From positions 11,676 to 43,675 of the forward strand of contig JAMCWY010000010.1 of NCBI GenBank assembly GCA_023480925.1: a stretch of 32,000 bases of DNA. The letters run 5' to 3'. Positions 1-8,389 of the stretch are shown one piece after another. The notes below the pieces were generated by a model. That model was not told the origin of the DNA and did no database searches. It saw only the letters and a list, made by a program, of their open reading frames with translations. The position numbers and the translations under genes are program-made. Each line of letters opens with the position of its first letter. The stretch's first letter is position 1. Origin of the DNA: Patescibacteria group bacterium (GTDB lineage Bacteria; Patescibacteriota; Minisyncoccia; UBA6257; HR35).

Positions 1-600
1 GATAAAAAATTTTTACTGGCTAAATTTAAAGACTATTTAAAAAAAGAACCAATCAATCAATCCGACTTCGAGCGATTAAAAGAAAAAGGCGAAAAAGCCT
101 TGAGTGGTTATTTTCAAACTTACGCCGATTCTTGGCCAACTGATGTTCTAACCGAGTTTAAGATCAAGGATGTCTTGGTTGGATCGGAAATAAAACTGAT
201 CGGGCAAATTGATAAAATTGAATTCATAACCAAAAATGATCGGACGGTCAATGTCGTTGATTACAAAACAAGCCAGCCTAAAACAAGAGCCGAAATCGAA
301 GGTTTGACCAAAAATTCAAACGGTGAGATTAAACGTCAGCTGATTTTTTATAATTTGCTTTTAAACCAATACGAACAGGGCCGGCGGTTCAAAATGGCAT
401 CAGCCGAGATTGATTTTATCGAACCCAATCAAAAGGGTCGCTATCGCAAAGAAAAATTTTTGATTGAACCGGTTGAAATCAAAGAATTAGAAGAGTTAAT
501 TAAAAAAACCGCTGATGGAATTTTAAACTTTTCATTCTTTGACCAAAGTTGTGGCGATCAAACCTGTCAATTTTGTCAACTGCGCGAAGCAATGGCATAA
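1..600 (+). CDS. C-terminal part of a PD-(D/E)XK (RecB/AddB/Cas4-like) nuclease domain protein; 5' end lies outside the window
   Basis: Frame 1 is open from base 1, so the listed TTG at 100 is internal. It has the nuclease motif pattern GQIDKIE...VVDYKTS...RQLIFYNLLL and a C-terminal Cys cluster, CGDQTCQFC, typical of Fe-S RecB-family nuclease domains. Confidence 0.7.
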   Translation, partial: DKKFLLAKFKDYLKKEPINQSDFERLKEKGEKALSGYFQTYADSWPTDVLTEFKIKDVLVGSEIKLIGQIDKIEFITKNDRTVNVVDYKTSQPKTRAEIEGLTKNSNGEIKRQLIFYNLLLNQYEQGRRFKMASAEIDFIEPNQKGRYRKEKFLIEPVEIKELEELIKKTADGILNFSFFDQSCGDQTCQFCQLREAMA

Positions 601-662
601 AACGCAATGTGGATAAGTAATAAAAACTTTCTCGGCTAATGTTCGTTTTAAATCCAAACGTC

Positions 663-691
663 TTGACTTTTAAATAAATTTTCTTTATAAT
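663..691 (+). promoter_or_regulatory. Sigma70-type promoter, TTGACT-17 nt-TATAAT
   Basis: TTGACT at 663-668 and TATAAT at 686-691 with an exact 17-nt spacer. This implies a leader of about 95 nt before the RRM gene ATG at 794. Confidence 0.6.
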
Positions 692-793
692 ATTAACGAG
701 GTAGGTTTTAAGCTAGTTTTTTTAGATTATTTTATCAATCAAGAAAAGCCGAGCAAGAAGTCGGCCTACGGAATATTATTAAAACAAGAATAG

Positions 794-1099
794 ATGGCTA
801 AAAAATTATATATCGGTGGTTTATCTTATGATACGACCGAACAAACCTTGACTGAAACATTCGGTCAGGCCGGCAAAGTCGTTTCCGCCACCATCATCAA
901 AGATAAGTTTTCGGGCCGTTCAAAAGGTTTTGGTTTTGTTGAAATGGAGACCGAAGAAGAAGGCGACAAGGCAATCGAACTTTTCAATGGTAAAGATCTT
1001 GACGGTCGAACTTTAACCGTTAACGAAGCCAGGCCAATGACGGAGCGAGGCGATAACAACAATCGCGATCGCGGTAACCGTGGTGGCAATTGGCGTTAA
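794..1099 (+). CDS. RRM-type RNA-binding protein with an Arg/Gly/Asn-rich tail
   Basis: RNP-2-like KLYIGGL and RNP-1-like KGFGFVEM motifs, followed by the C-terminal tail RGDNNNRDRGNRGGNWR. Confidence 0.9.
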   Translation: MAKKLYIGGLSYDTTEQTLTETFGQAGKVVSATIIKDKFSGRSKGFGFVEMETEEEGDKAIELFNGKDLDGRTLTVNEARPMTERGDNNNRDRGNRGGNWR

Positions 1100-1110
1100 G
1101 TCAAACGACA

Positions 1111-1142
1111 AAAATCCCGGCTAGAATCTAACCGGGATTTTT
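1111..1142 (+). terminator. Intrinsic terminator
   Basis: AAAATCCCGG (1111-1120) pairs with CCGGGATTTT (1132-1141) around an 11-nt loop and runs into a T tract. Confidence 0.75.
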
Positions 1143-1158
1143 AATTATTCAAATAAAA

Positions 1159-1380
1159 ATGAGTTGGGCAGATAAAAGAATCGAACAATATCGCCAAGGC
1201 CAAAATCCGACCTGGCTGGAAAAAAGAATGATCGAATCAACTCGACCGGTTTTCATCGTCATATTTATTATTGCCGATGTTATTTTAAGCTATGGATTTA
1301 TTTTCCATGATTGGCGGGCAATTAGTTTGGCTCTGATAATGATCGGATCCGGTTATATTTACGCCTGGTTTAAAAAATAA
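1159..1380 (+). CDS. Small two-TM membrane protein, unknown function
   Basis: 73-aa ORF with two hydrophobic segments (VFIVIFIIADVILSYGFIF and ISLALIMIGSGYIYAWF). I recognise no family. Confidence 0.5.
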   Translation: MSWADKRIEQYRQGQNPTWLEKRMIESTRPVFIVIFIIADVILSYGFIFHDWRAISLALIMIGSGYIYAWFKK

Positions 1381-1469
1381 AAAATGAAACGATCAATACT
1401 GGTTTTATCTTGGTCGAAAAGGATAATTTTTCTAACTAATAAAATTTGTTATAATTTTTAAATTAACCC

Positions 1470-1724
1470 GTGAAAATAAAAATGGGAACTGTTTGGTCAA
1501 CACCCTTCTTCTTTTCGCCGATCGCTTGGCTGATGTTTATATCTATGTTTGCTTGGTGGTTTTTGATTTTACTCGTTTTCGTCGTTTTGATTAAATGGCT
1601 TTTAAGGCAGGTCTCCGACAAAAAAGAGAAAAACCAGCCGTCTTTGGAAATTTTGAAAGAACGATACGCGCGCGGTGAAATCAACAAAGAGGAGTTCGAA
1701 GAGAAGAAAAAAGATTTATCTTAA
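1470..1724 (+). CDS. SHOCT-domain small membrane protein
   Basis: Hydrophobic N-terminal half, then the C-terminal LEILKERYARGEINKEEFEEKKKDL typical of the SHOCT motif. TGTTATAAT lies at 1447-1455. The start may be GTG 1470 or ATG 1482. Confidence 0.65.
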   Translation: MKIKMGTVWSTPFFFSPIAWLMFISMFAWWFLILLVFVVLIKWLLRQVSDKKEKNQPSLEILKERYARGEINKEEFEEKKKDLS

Positions 1725-1771
1725 TCGGTAACTTCGCTTTGATTTTGTTAATTTGAATTCAAATTAATTTG

Positions 1772-1933
1772 ATGATAAATAAAACTTTTCTTTGGATAAT
1801 GATTTTTGTCGGTTCGACTCTCGGCGCTTATATCCCGACTCTTTGGGGCGCGAGTTGGCTATCGCCGGCGTCGCTGTTCGGCAGCACGATCGGCGGAATC
1901 GCATCGATTTATCTTGTTTACAAAACGACTTAA
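1772..1933 (+). CDS. 53-aa small membrane protein, below the ORF-track size cut-off
   Basis: ATG 1772 to TAA 1931-1933 translates to MINKTFLWIMIFVGSTLGAYIPTLWGASWLSPASLFGSTIGGIASIYLVYKTT, two Gly-rich hydrophobic helices. This is far more protein-like than the overlapping listed ORF 1792..2013. Confidence 0.45.
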   Translation: MINKTFLWIMIFVGSTLGAYIPTLWGASWLSPASLFGSTIGGIASIYLVYKTT

Positions 1934-2015
1934 ACAAAAATTTAAAAAAATTTAATTTTGGTCTTATCCGTTATAATAATGTCAAAGGTCGAATTAACTC
2001 TAAAAATTTATAAAA

Positions 2016-2162
2016 ATGTGCCAAACTTGCGGTTGTTCACCTTGTCAAAAATGCGGTCGAAAAATCGAAAGAGGTGTTTGCGATGGCTGCAATAAGTCAT
2101 CTTTTGATTGCGTTTGTGAGAAAGATCAAAAGGACGAAAATGATCAAGAAGACGACCAATAA
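2016..2162 (+). CDS. 48-aa cysteine-rich peptide with an acidic tail (possibly metal-binding)
   Basis: Hand translation gives MCQTCGCSPCQKCGRKIERGVCDGCNKSSFDCVCEKDQKDENDQEDDQ, with 9 Cys in the first 34 residues. A TATAAT at 1972-1977 lies upstream and a hairpin terminator follows directly. Confidence 0.5.
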   Translation: MCQTCGCSPCQKCGRKIERGVCDGCNKSSFDCVCEKDQKDENDQEDDQ

Positions 2163-2167
2163 AAAAT

Positions 2168-2195
2168 AGCGGTTAAATTGGAGCCGCTCTTTTTT
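2168..2195 (+). terminator. Intrinsic terminator or attenuator between the Cys-rich ORF and doxX
   Basis: AGCGG (2168-2172) pairs with CCGCT (2184-2188), followed by CTTTTTT. It ends only 9 nt before the DoxX ATG. Confidence 0.65.
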
Positions 2196-2203
2196 ACAAA
2201 CAA

Positions 2204-2797
2204 ATGTCAGAAAAATTAGAGGTTAGCCAAATTCCCAGTCCGAAAATTTCTTCTTGGCTTTTTTTTAATCCAAAATCAAGCTCGCTCTGGTTGTTAATTA
2301 GAGTTTATGTCGGTTATCAGTGGCTTCAGGCCGGTTGGGAAAAAATTATCAATCCAACTTGGGTTGGCAGCAAGGCCGGCTCAGCCCTAATCGGTTTTGT
2401 CGATAACGCTTTGACTAAAACCATTGGCAACCATCCCGCGGTTCAAAACTGGTACGCTCTTTTTTTAAAAACTATCGTTTTGTCTCATCCAACCTTATTT
2501 TCCTATCTTGTCGCTTACGGTGAACTGGCGGTCGGAGTTGGTCTGATTCTTGGCGCTTTCACCGCTATCGCCGCCTTCTTTGGCGCTTTGATGAACATGA
2601 ATTTTCTTTTGGCCGGCGCGGTCAGCCTTAACCCGATTTTATTTTTATTCGAGTTGTTCTTAATTCTGGCCTGGCGTATCGCTGGTTGGATTGGCTTGGA
2701 TTATTATCTTTTGCCGAATTTGGGCGTACCTTGGCAATCGGGCCGATACTGTTTTTTGACGGGGATAAAAAGAAAACGCAACCCTGCGACCGAATAA
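2204..2797 (+). CDS. DoxX family membrane protein
   Basis: Polytopic protein with a DoxX-like pattern: RVYVGYQWLQAGWEKI...WYALFLKTIV...VAYGELAVGVGLILGAFTAIAAFFGALMNMNFLLAG. Confidence 0.7.
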   Translation: MSEKLEVSQIPSPKISSWLFFNPKSSSLWLLIRVYVGYQWLQAGWEKIINPTWVGSKAGSALIGFVDNALTKTIGNHPAVQNWYALFLKTIVLSHPTLFSYLVAYGELAVGVGLILGAFTAIAAFFGALMNMNFLLAGAVSLNPILFLFELFLILAWRIAGWIGLDYYLLPNLGVPWQSGRYCFLTGIKRKRNPATE

Positions 2798-2892
2798 ATC
2801 AACTAATCCGAAAATTTAATTAAAAACATAAAAATAAAAAGATTTTCAAATTGAAACTAATTTTTGAATCAATTCAAATTTAAAAAACAAAT

Positions 2893-2920
2893 TTGTCAAA
2901 TAGATTTAAAAATTTAAACT
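2893..2920 (+). promoter_or_regulatory. Promoter, TTGTCA-16 nt-TAAACT
   Basis: TTGTCA at 2893-2898 and TAAACT at 2915-2920. The ATG at 2930 is 9 nt past the -10 element, so the transcript would be near-leaderless. Confidence 0.45.
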
Positions 2921-2929
2921 CCAATAAGA

Positions 2930-3472
2930 ATGTTTCGATTCGGCAAAAAAGTATCCATCGGCGCGGTTTTGATGACTCTGGCAATTTTAGTCTTATCGGC
3001 GAACTTGATTCAAATTTGGCAAAAATTAAACATTTCAAACTTTAAAACAATCCGGCCGAATGGTATCGGCGTGGCAACCGCGACAGTTTCAAGCATTAGT
3101 TTGACTCCAACTTCATCAATATCAAACTTAAAACAATCTCAACCCAAAATTTTAATTTCACCTTCGAAAATAACTCTTGATAATGATGGCACAATCGTGG
3201 AAATGACGCCGGGCCAATCTTTTTTACTCGCGCTCAATCAAAAACCGACCGATATGAGCGTTAGTTGGAATGTTGATATCGCCAACTCCGACATTATCAG
3301 CCAAAAGACTAATATTCTGATAACTAAAGACAGTCAAGGCGTTTATGAGGCGAAAGCGATTGGCACAACCACTTTAACTGCGGTCAATTCTTACCCCTGT
3401 CAAAAAACAAAATCACCCTGTTTCTTACCTAATCGAATTTTCCGCGTTATTATTGTTGTTTCTAAAAATTGA
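2930..3472 (+). CDS. Membrane-anchored extracytoplasmic protein, unknown function
   Basis: N-terminal TM anchor (VSIGAVLMTLAILVLSANLI), a Ser/Thr-rich linker and a beta-rich C-terminal domain (GVYEAKAIGTTTLTAV). It ends in TGA. Confidence 0.6.
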   Translation: MFRFGKKVSIGAVLMTLAILVLSANLIQIWQKLNISNFKTIRPNGIGVATATVSSISLTPTSSISNLKQSQPKILISPSKITLDNDGTIVEMTPGQSFLLALNQKPTDMSVSWNVDIANSDIISQKTNILITKDSQGVYEAKAIGTTTLTAVNSYPCQKTKSPCFLPNRIFRVIIVVSKN

Positions 3473-3543
3473 ACCAGGCCTCATCTTATCTTTTTAATTC
3501 CAACCGCTGAAAATAATAATCAAGATATAATATTTGAAGTTAA

Positions 3544-4233
3544 ATGGAAAAAAATAAATTCAGGAATAAAAGCGATCGGCTCGGAGAAATCGTCAAAACC
3601 GTCTCAGATTACGTCAAAAAAAAAATGAGCGGCGAAAAAACCGGCCATGACTGGTGGCATTGTTTTCGAGTTTTAAATTTGGCTGAAAAGATTTCCAAAA
3701 AAGAAGGGGGTGATTTGTTCACGATTAAATTAGCCGCGCTTTTACACGACATCTCCGATTGGAAATTCAATGGCGGCGATCTTAAAGCCAACGCCGTGGT
3801 TAGTCGAAAAATACTCAAACATTTTCGGGTTGAAGAAAAAATAGTTAAACAAGTTTGTCAAATTGTTGAAAATATTTCATGGAAAGGCGCTGGCGCGAAA
3901 AATAAAATAAAAACCAAAGAAGGGATGATTGTTCAAGACGCTGATCGCTTGGATGCCCTGGGCGCGATTGGCATCGCCCGAATTTTCGCCTATGGCAGCG
4001 CTCGAGGAAACTGGGAAATTTTTAATCCGAATCTTAAACCAAAACTTCATCGCGGTTTTAATTATTATAAAAACAGCCGGACAACTTCGATTAACCATTT
4101 TTACGAAAAAGTCATTTTTATCAAAGATCGCTTAAATACTGAAACAGCGAGGAAAATTGCCGGTCGGCGCGATCGATTCGTCCGCCAATATCTTAAGGAA
4201 TTTCTCCGCGAATGGCAAGAAGCGACTTTTTGA
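3544..4233 (+). CDS. HD-domain phosphohydrolase
   Basis: HD signature residues: GHDWWH, AALLHDISD and VQDADRLDALGAIGIAR. Confidence 0.85.
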   Translation: MEKNKFRNKSDRLGEIVKTVSDYVKKKMSGEKTGHDWWHCFRVLNLAEKISKKEGGDLFTIKLAALLHDISDWKFNGGDLKANAVVSRKILKHFRVEEKIVKQVCQIVENISWKGAGAKNKIKTKEGMIVQDADRLDALGAIGIARIFAYGSARGNWEIFNPNLKPKLHRGFNYYKNSRTTSINHFYEKVIFIKDRLNTETARKIAGRRDRFVRQYLKEFLREWQEATF

Positions 4234-4370
4234 TTTTTTTAATTATTTTTTGCTTCAAGCCGACCAATCTTATACACATTCCCTTTGTTTTTAAACAGTA
4301 TGCTTTATAATAATATTTATATCGGTCGTTTATTAATTAAAGCGGATAAAAGAATATCTGCGAATAGAAA

Positions 4371-5006
4371 ATGGTCAAAAAAATAGCCATGGCTGTTAGT
4401 TTGGTTGCTTTGATCGCGACATCGTTAGTTAGCGCTCAGGTTTTTTCAACATCATCAACTAACGCGACCAGTTCAAATTCAACCAGCAGTGCGGTTACAG
4501 TTACGGTTCAAGAAAATTCAACCCAGCCTGTCACTGTTGTCAGCGGCGAACTCGAAGTAATTGAACCGCCGGCCTGGGCGAACGTCGAGTTAATCGACAT
4601 TAATCGAGAGGGTCGAGCTTTGCTCCGAGGCAAGGTTGTTTCCGTTAATGGCAATATTGTCGTTGTCTCAAGTTGGGGCGGTAATTGGAATATTAATGTC
4701 GCTTCAACCAGCGATGTTATGTATCATTTTGGCGGTCGGGGCAATATTGATCAATTTAAACCGGGTGATACCGTTGGCGTCATCGGCCAAGTTGATCAGT
4801 CAAATCCTTTTACGATTGACGCGAGAATAATCCGCGACTGGTCAATTCATTGGTTTGGCGCCAAACCTCTTCTCAAAAACGTTCAAGAAAACAACGTTTA
4901 CCATCCGGACGAAGGCGTTAGCCGCGACAAAAACATCATCAACAAAAACCGCGATATCGAAAAAATCATAAACTTATTGCGATTGATCTTATCGCATCGA
5001 AAATAA
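4371..5006 (+). CDS. Secreted protein, unknown function
   Basis: Signal-peptide-like N-terminus (MVKKIAMAVSLVALIATSLVSAQ), an S/T-rich segment, then a beta-rich domain. Confidence 0.65.
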   Translation: MVKKIAMAVSLVALIATSLVSAQVFSTSSTNATSSNSTSSAVTVTVQENSTQPVTVVSGELEVIEPPAWANVELIDINREGRALLRGKVVSVNGNIVVVSSWGGNWNINVASTSDVMYHFGGRGNIDQFKPGDTVGVIGQVDQSNPFTIDARIIRDWSIHWFGAKPLLKNVQENNVYHPDEGVSRDKNIINKNRDIEKIINLLRLILSHRK

Positions 5007-5040
5007 ATCTTTAATTTCATCAAGGCGCGCGGATAAAATT

Positions 5041-5074
5041 AATTACCCCTTTGCTTTCCGGCTGAGGGGTAATT
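5041..5074 (+). terminator. Stem-loop, probable terminator
   Basis: AATTACCCCT (5041-5050) pairs perfectly with AGGGGTAATT (5065-5074) around a 14-nt loop. The downstream T tract is weak. Confidence 0.55.
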
Positions 5075-5130
5075 AATTTAGAAATTTTTTAAGCATTGAT
5101 TTATAATTGGTTTAAATATCAATTTAAGTT

Positions 5131-6498
5131 ATGGACATTCGTTTAATTACAGCGATCGCAGCGGGAAAGTCAGTTAAGTTAGCTTTGACTGTTTTCCAAA
5201 GCGGCGGCACGGCCGCGCCCGGTTTAATCACCGAAACAATTGACAAAAACGCGTTAAAAAAAATATCGTCTGGTTTTAAACAAGGCGTTATTTTGATTTC
5301 CGGCACTAATGGTAAGACGACCACAGCTAGGCTTTTAACCAACGCCTTAACTAATCAAGGTTATACCTTTTTAGCTAATAGCGCCGGTTCAAACCTAAAA
5401 CGCGGCATCATCAGCGTTCTTTTGGAACAAGTTAATTTAACCGGCCGGCCGCGTCGAAAGATTGACTTTGGTATTTTTGAATGCGACGAAATGGCACTAA
5501 TTGAGATCGCTAAAGAAATAAAACCGCGTCTAATTCTTTTAACTAATCTTTTTCGCGATCAACTTGACCGCTATGGCGAGGTTGAAACAATTAGAAAAAA
5601 ATGGTTTGAGTTAATTCGCTCTTTACCAAACGAGACGAAGGTGATACTAAACGCCGACGATCCGGGTATTCGATCCTTGGCTGATTACCTTAATGAAAAA
5701 AGGGTTTTCTTTTACGGTATTGGCTTTAATCCAAATCGGCAAAACGACTCAATTATTTCCGATTTTAGCCGCTGTCCCAATTGCGGCGCATCTCTTTATT
5801 ACCAAACCGAGTTTTTTTCCCACCTGGGCGATTATGTTTGTTCAAAATGCGGTTTAGCCAGACCGAAATTGGATTTAAGCGCGGTTGCGATCGAAAACGA
5901 AAAAATTGAAATCGCTTACTGTGGCCGAACCGAAAAAATAACAACGCCACTCAAGGGTTTTTATAATGTTTATAATTTGCTCGCCGCCTTTTCAATCGGC
6001 CTTAATCTTAAAATCGATTTCGACCAGATTCAAAAAAGTTTGGAAAAATTTAAGCCAGCCTTCGGCCGCCAAGAGATTATCAAGTTTAATAGCAAAGAAT
6101 TATTTATCTCGCTGGCTAAAAATCCGGTCGGTTTAACCGAAACGATTAAAACTATCAGCGCCGATCCGGGAAAGAAAACTTTAATCTTTCTTCTTAACGA
6201 CAAAATCGCTGACGGCGTCGATGTCTCCTGGATTTGGGACGTAGATTTTAACTCAATTAAAAACCAGGCTGAAACGATTATTTTTAACGGTCGCCGGCCT
6301 TACGACATGGGTCTAAGACTGAAATACGCCGATTTGGAAAACAGGCCGCGATTTATTTTTTGCCGCAACCTTAACGAAGTTTTCAAAAATTTAGCCGAAA
6401 TCAAAATTGAACGAGTTTATATTTTTCCAACTTATACCGCCTTAATGGACTTAAAAAAATTTTTAGCTCGACGCGGTTATAAAAAATTTTGGACCTAA
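5131..6498 (+). CDS. murT: Mur-ligase-family lipid II isoglutaminyl synthase subunit MurT
   Basis: Mur ligase P-loop ISGTNGKTTT and an internal Cys4 ribbon (CPNCG...CSKCG), which is characteristic of MurT. The gatD-like amidotransferase gene follows directly. Confidence 0.85.
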   Translation: MDIRLITAIAAGKSVKLALTVFQSGGTAAPGLITETIDKNALKKISSGFKQGVILISGTNGKTTTARLLTNALTNQGYTFLANSAGSNLKRGIISVLLEQVNLTGRPRRKIDFGIFECDEMALIEIAKEIKPRLILLTNLFRDQLDRYGEVETIRKKWFELIRSLPNETKVILNADDPGIRSLADYLNEKRVFFYGIGFNPNRQNDSIISDFSRCPNCGASLYYQTEFFSHLGDYVCSKCGLARPKLDLSAVAIENEKIEIAYCGRTEKITTPLKGFYNVYNLLAAFSIGLNLKIDFDQIQKSLEKFKPAFGRQEIIKFNSKELFISLAKNPVGLTETIKTISADPGKKTLIFLLNDKIADGVDVSWIWDVDFNSIKNQAETIIFNGRRPYDMGLRLKYADLENRPRFIFCRNLNEVFKNLAEIKIERVYIFPTYTALMDLKKFLARRGYKKFWT

Positions 6499-6505
6499 AC
6501 TTAAA

Positions 6506-7270
6506 ATGGATCAAGAATTAATCCTAACGCACCTTTATCCAAAAACAATGAACACCTATGGCGATCAGGGTAATGTTTTGGTTTTTAAAAAAAGGGCGGA
6601 ATGGCGCGGTTTCAAAATTAAAATTTTAACCGCCGACTTGGACGAACCGATTAAAAAATCAGACTTTTATTTTTTCGGCGGCGGTCAAGATCAAGAACAA
6701 AGTTTAGTCTCAAAAGATCTAATCGGTCTCAAAACCGAACTACTTAAAGCCGAAGCGGAAAATTTTAAACCGATGCTTTTAATTTGCGGCGGTTACCAAC
6801 TTTTAGGCGAATACTACCAAACCGCTGATAATAAAAAAATCGTCGGTGCCGGAATTTTGGCTATTCGAACCATAGCCGGGCCAAAAAGAATGATTGGCGA
6901 TATTGTTTTAAATTTAAATCCGGTTTTAGGAATTTCTGAACAAATCAACGACAAAAAAATAACGACTGTGGTCGGTTTTGAAAATCATAGCGGCAAAACT
7001 TATTTGGACAAAAATATTAAACCGCTCGGTCAAATCGTTAAGGGTTATGGCAACAACGGCGAGGACAAAACCGAAGGTGCCTGCTATAAAAACATCATCG
7101 GTTCTTATGGCCACGGTTCGCTTTTAGCTAAAAATCCTCATTTGGCTGACTATCTAATTAAAAAAGCGTTTGAGGTTAAAACGGGCGAAAAAATAGAGTT
7201 GGAAAACTTAGACGATTCGCTTGAATGGCAAGCTCACCTGAGCCGATTGAATTATTCCAATCTTAAATAA
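6506..7270 (+). CDS. gatD: CobQ/GatD-type glutamine amidotransferase, partner of MurT
   Basis: Nucleophile motif LLICGGYQLLG, then GFENHSG and a late GHG. It starts 8 nt after the murT stop. Confidence 0.85.
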   Translation: MDQELILTHLYPKTMNTYGDQGNVLVFKKRAEWRGFKIKILTADLDEPIKKSDFYFFGGGQDQEQSLVSKDLIGLKTELLKAEAENFKPMLLICGGYQLLGEYYQTADNKKIVGAGILAIRTIAGPKRMIGDIVLNLNPVLGISEQINDKKITTVVGFENHSGKTYLDKNIKPLGQIVKGYGNNGEDKTEGACYKNIIGSYGHGSLLAKNPHLADYLIKKAFEVKTGEKIELENLDDSLEWQAHLSRLNYSNLK

Positions 7271-7299
7271 TTTTTGTTTATTTTTTATAATAAATCCAA

Positions 7300-8376
7300 A
7301 TGAGCAACGCTAGTCTCTCAATCGGAATTGTCGGTTTGCCTAATGTCGGGAAATCAACGCTTTTCCAAACCTTAACCAAAAAACAAGTTGATCGGGCCAA
7401 CTATCCGTTTTGCACAATCGAACCAAATGTGGGCGTTGTTGCGGTGCCGGACGAAAGAGTTGATCAACTTGATCATTTAACTCGGTCGGCGAAAAAAATT
7501 CACGCCACGATTGAATTTGTTGACATCGCCGGCTTGGTTAAAAACGCTCATCAGGGCGAAGGTTTAGGCAATCAATTTCTCGCTCACATTAGAGAAACCG
7601 ACGCGATCGTTTACGTTCTTCGTGCTTTCGTCAATAAAGACATCCTCAGCGTCCAAGAAAAAGTCGATCCGTTGGAAGACAAGGAAATCTTGGAAACCGA
7701 ATTAATTTTAAAAGATCTTGAAACGATTGAAAAAAAAATTCAAGGCTTGACCAAAGAGGCGCGGTCAGGTCAAAAAGAAGTAATTCAAGAATTGGCTTTT
7801 TTAAATCGAATCAGAGAAATTTTAATCTCGGGCAAACTTATCATTGACGCCGACTGGAACGAAACAGAAACCAAAAAATTGAAAACTTATCAACTTTTAA
7901 CCTTTAAACCAAAACTCTACTTATTTAACGGAACGGAAAAAGATTTAGACCAAGCTCAAGTTGATTTTTTCTCAAAAAACGGCTGGCCATTTTTAATCAT
8001 CGATGTTTTAACCGAATTCGAAACGGTTGATTTTAATCCAGATGAAAGAATCAGCCTTGGACTCAAACCTGAATCGGGCTTAAATCAGTTAATTAAAAAA
8101 TCATACGACTTGCTCGATCTGATCACTTTTTTCACGACCGGCCCGGACGAAACCAGGGCTTGGCCGATTAAAAAAAATTCGACCGCGCCAATCGCCGGCG
8201 GCGTTATTCATTCCGATTTCGAAAAATATTTTATTCGAGCCGAAATAATCAACTGGCAAACTTTAATTCAATCCGGCGGTTACGCCCGAGCGAGAGAAAG
8301 GGGTTTGATTCGAACCGAGGGCAGGGAATATATCATTCAAGACGGCGATGTTATTGAAATCAAACATGGCCGTTAA
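7300..8376 (+). CDS. ychF: Ribosome-binding ATPase YchF
   Basis: GIVGLPNVGKSTLF P-loop, ANYPFCTIEPNVG, and the YchF C-terminal domain (TEGREYIIQDGDVIEIK). Confidence 0.95.
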   Translation: MSNASLSIGIVGLPNVGKSTLFQTLTKKQVDRANYPFCTIEPNVGVVAVPDERVDQLDHLTRSAKKIHATIEFVDIAGLVKNAHQGEGLGNQFLAHIRETDAIVYVLRAFVNKDILSVQEKVDPLEDKEILETELILKDLETIEKKIQGLTKEARSGQKEVIQELAFLNRIREILISGKLIIDADWNETETKKLKTYQLLTFKPKLYLFNGTEKDLDQAQVDFFSKNGWPFLIIDVLTEFETVDFNPDERISLGLKPESGLNQLIKKSYDLLDLITFFTTGPDETRAWPIKKNSTAPIAGGVIHSDFEKYFIRAEIINWQTLIQSGGYARARERGLIRTEGREYIIQDGDVIEIKHGR

Positions 8377-8389
8377 AAAAATCGCTTAA

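Noticed and set aside
1792-2013. Listed 73-aa ORF MDNDFCRFDSRRLYPDSL...
   Set aside because: The translation is Arg-rich and unlike a real protein, and the ORF runs through the promoter region of the next gene. The alternative frame (1772..1933) gives a clean two-helix membrane peptide.
2930-3472. Chagasin-like (I42) peptidase inhibitor assignment for the membrane-anchored protein
   Set aside because: Only a loose resemblance (GTTTLTAV...YP and a strand pattern) could be seen by eye, and the NPTTG-type motif is absent. That is too weak to call without a profile search.
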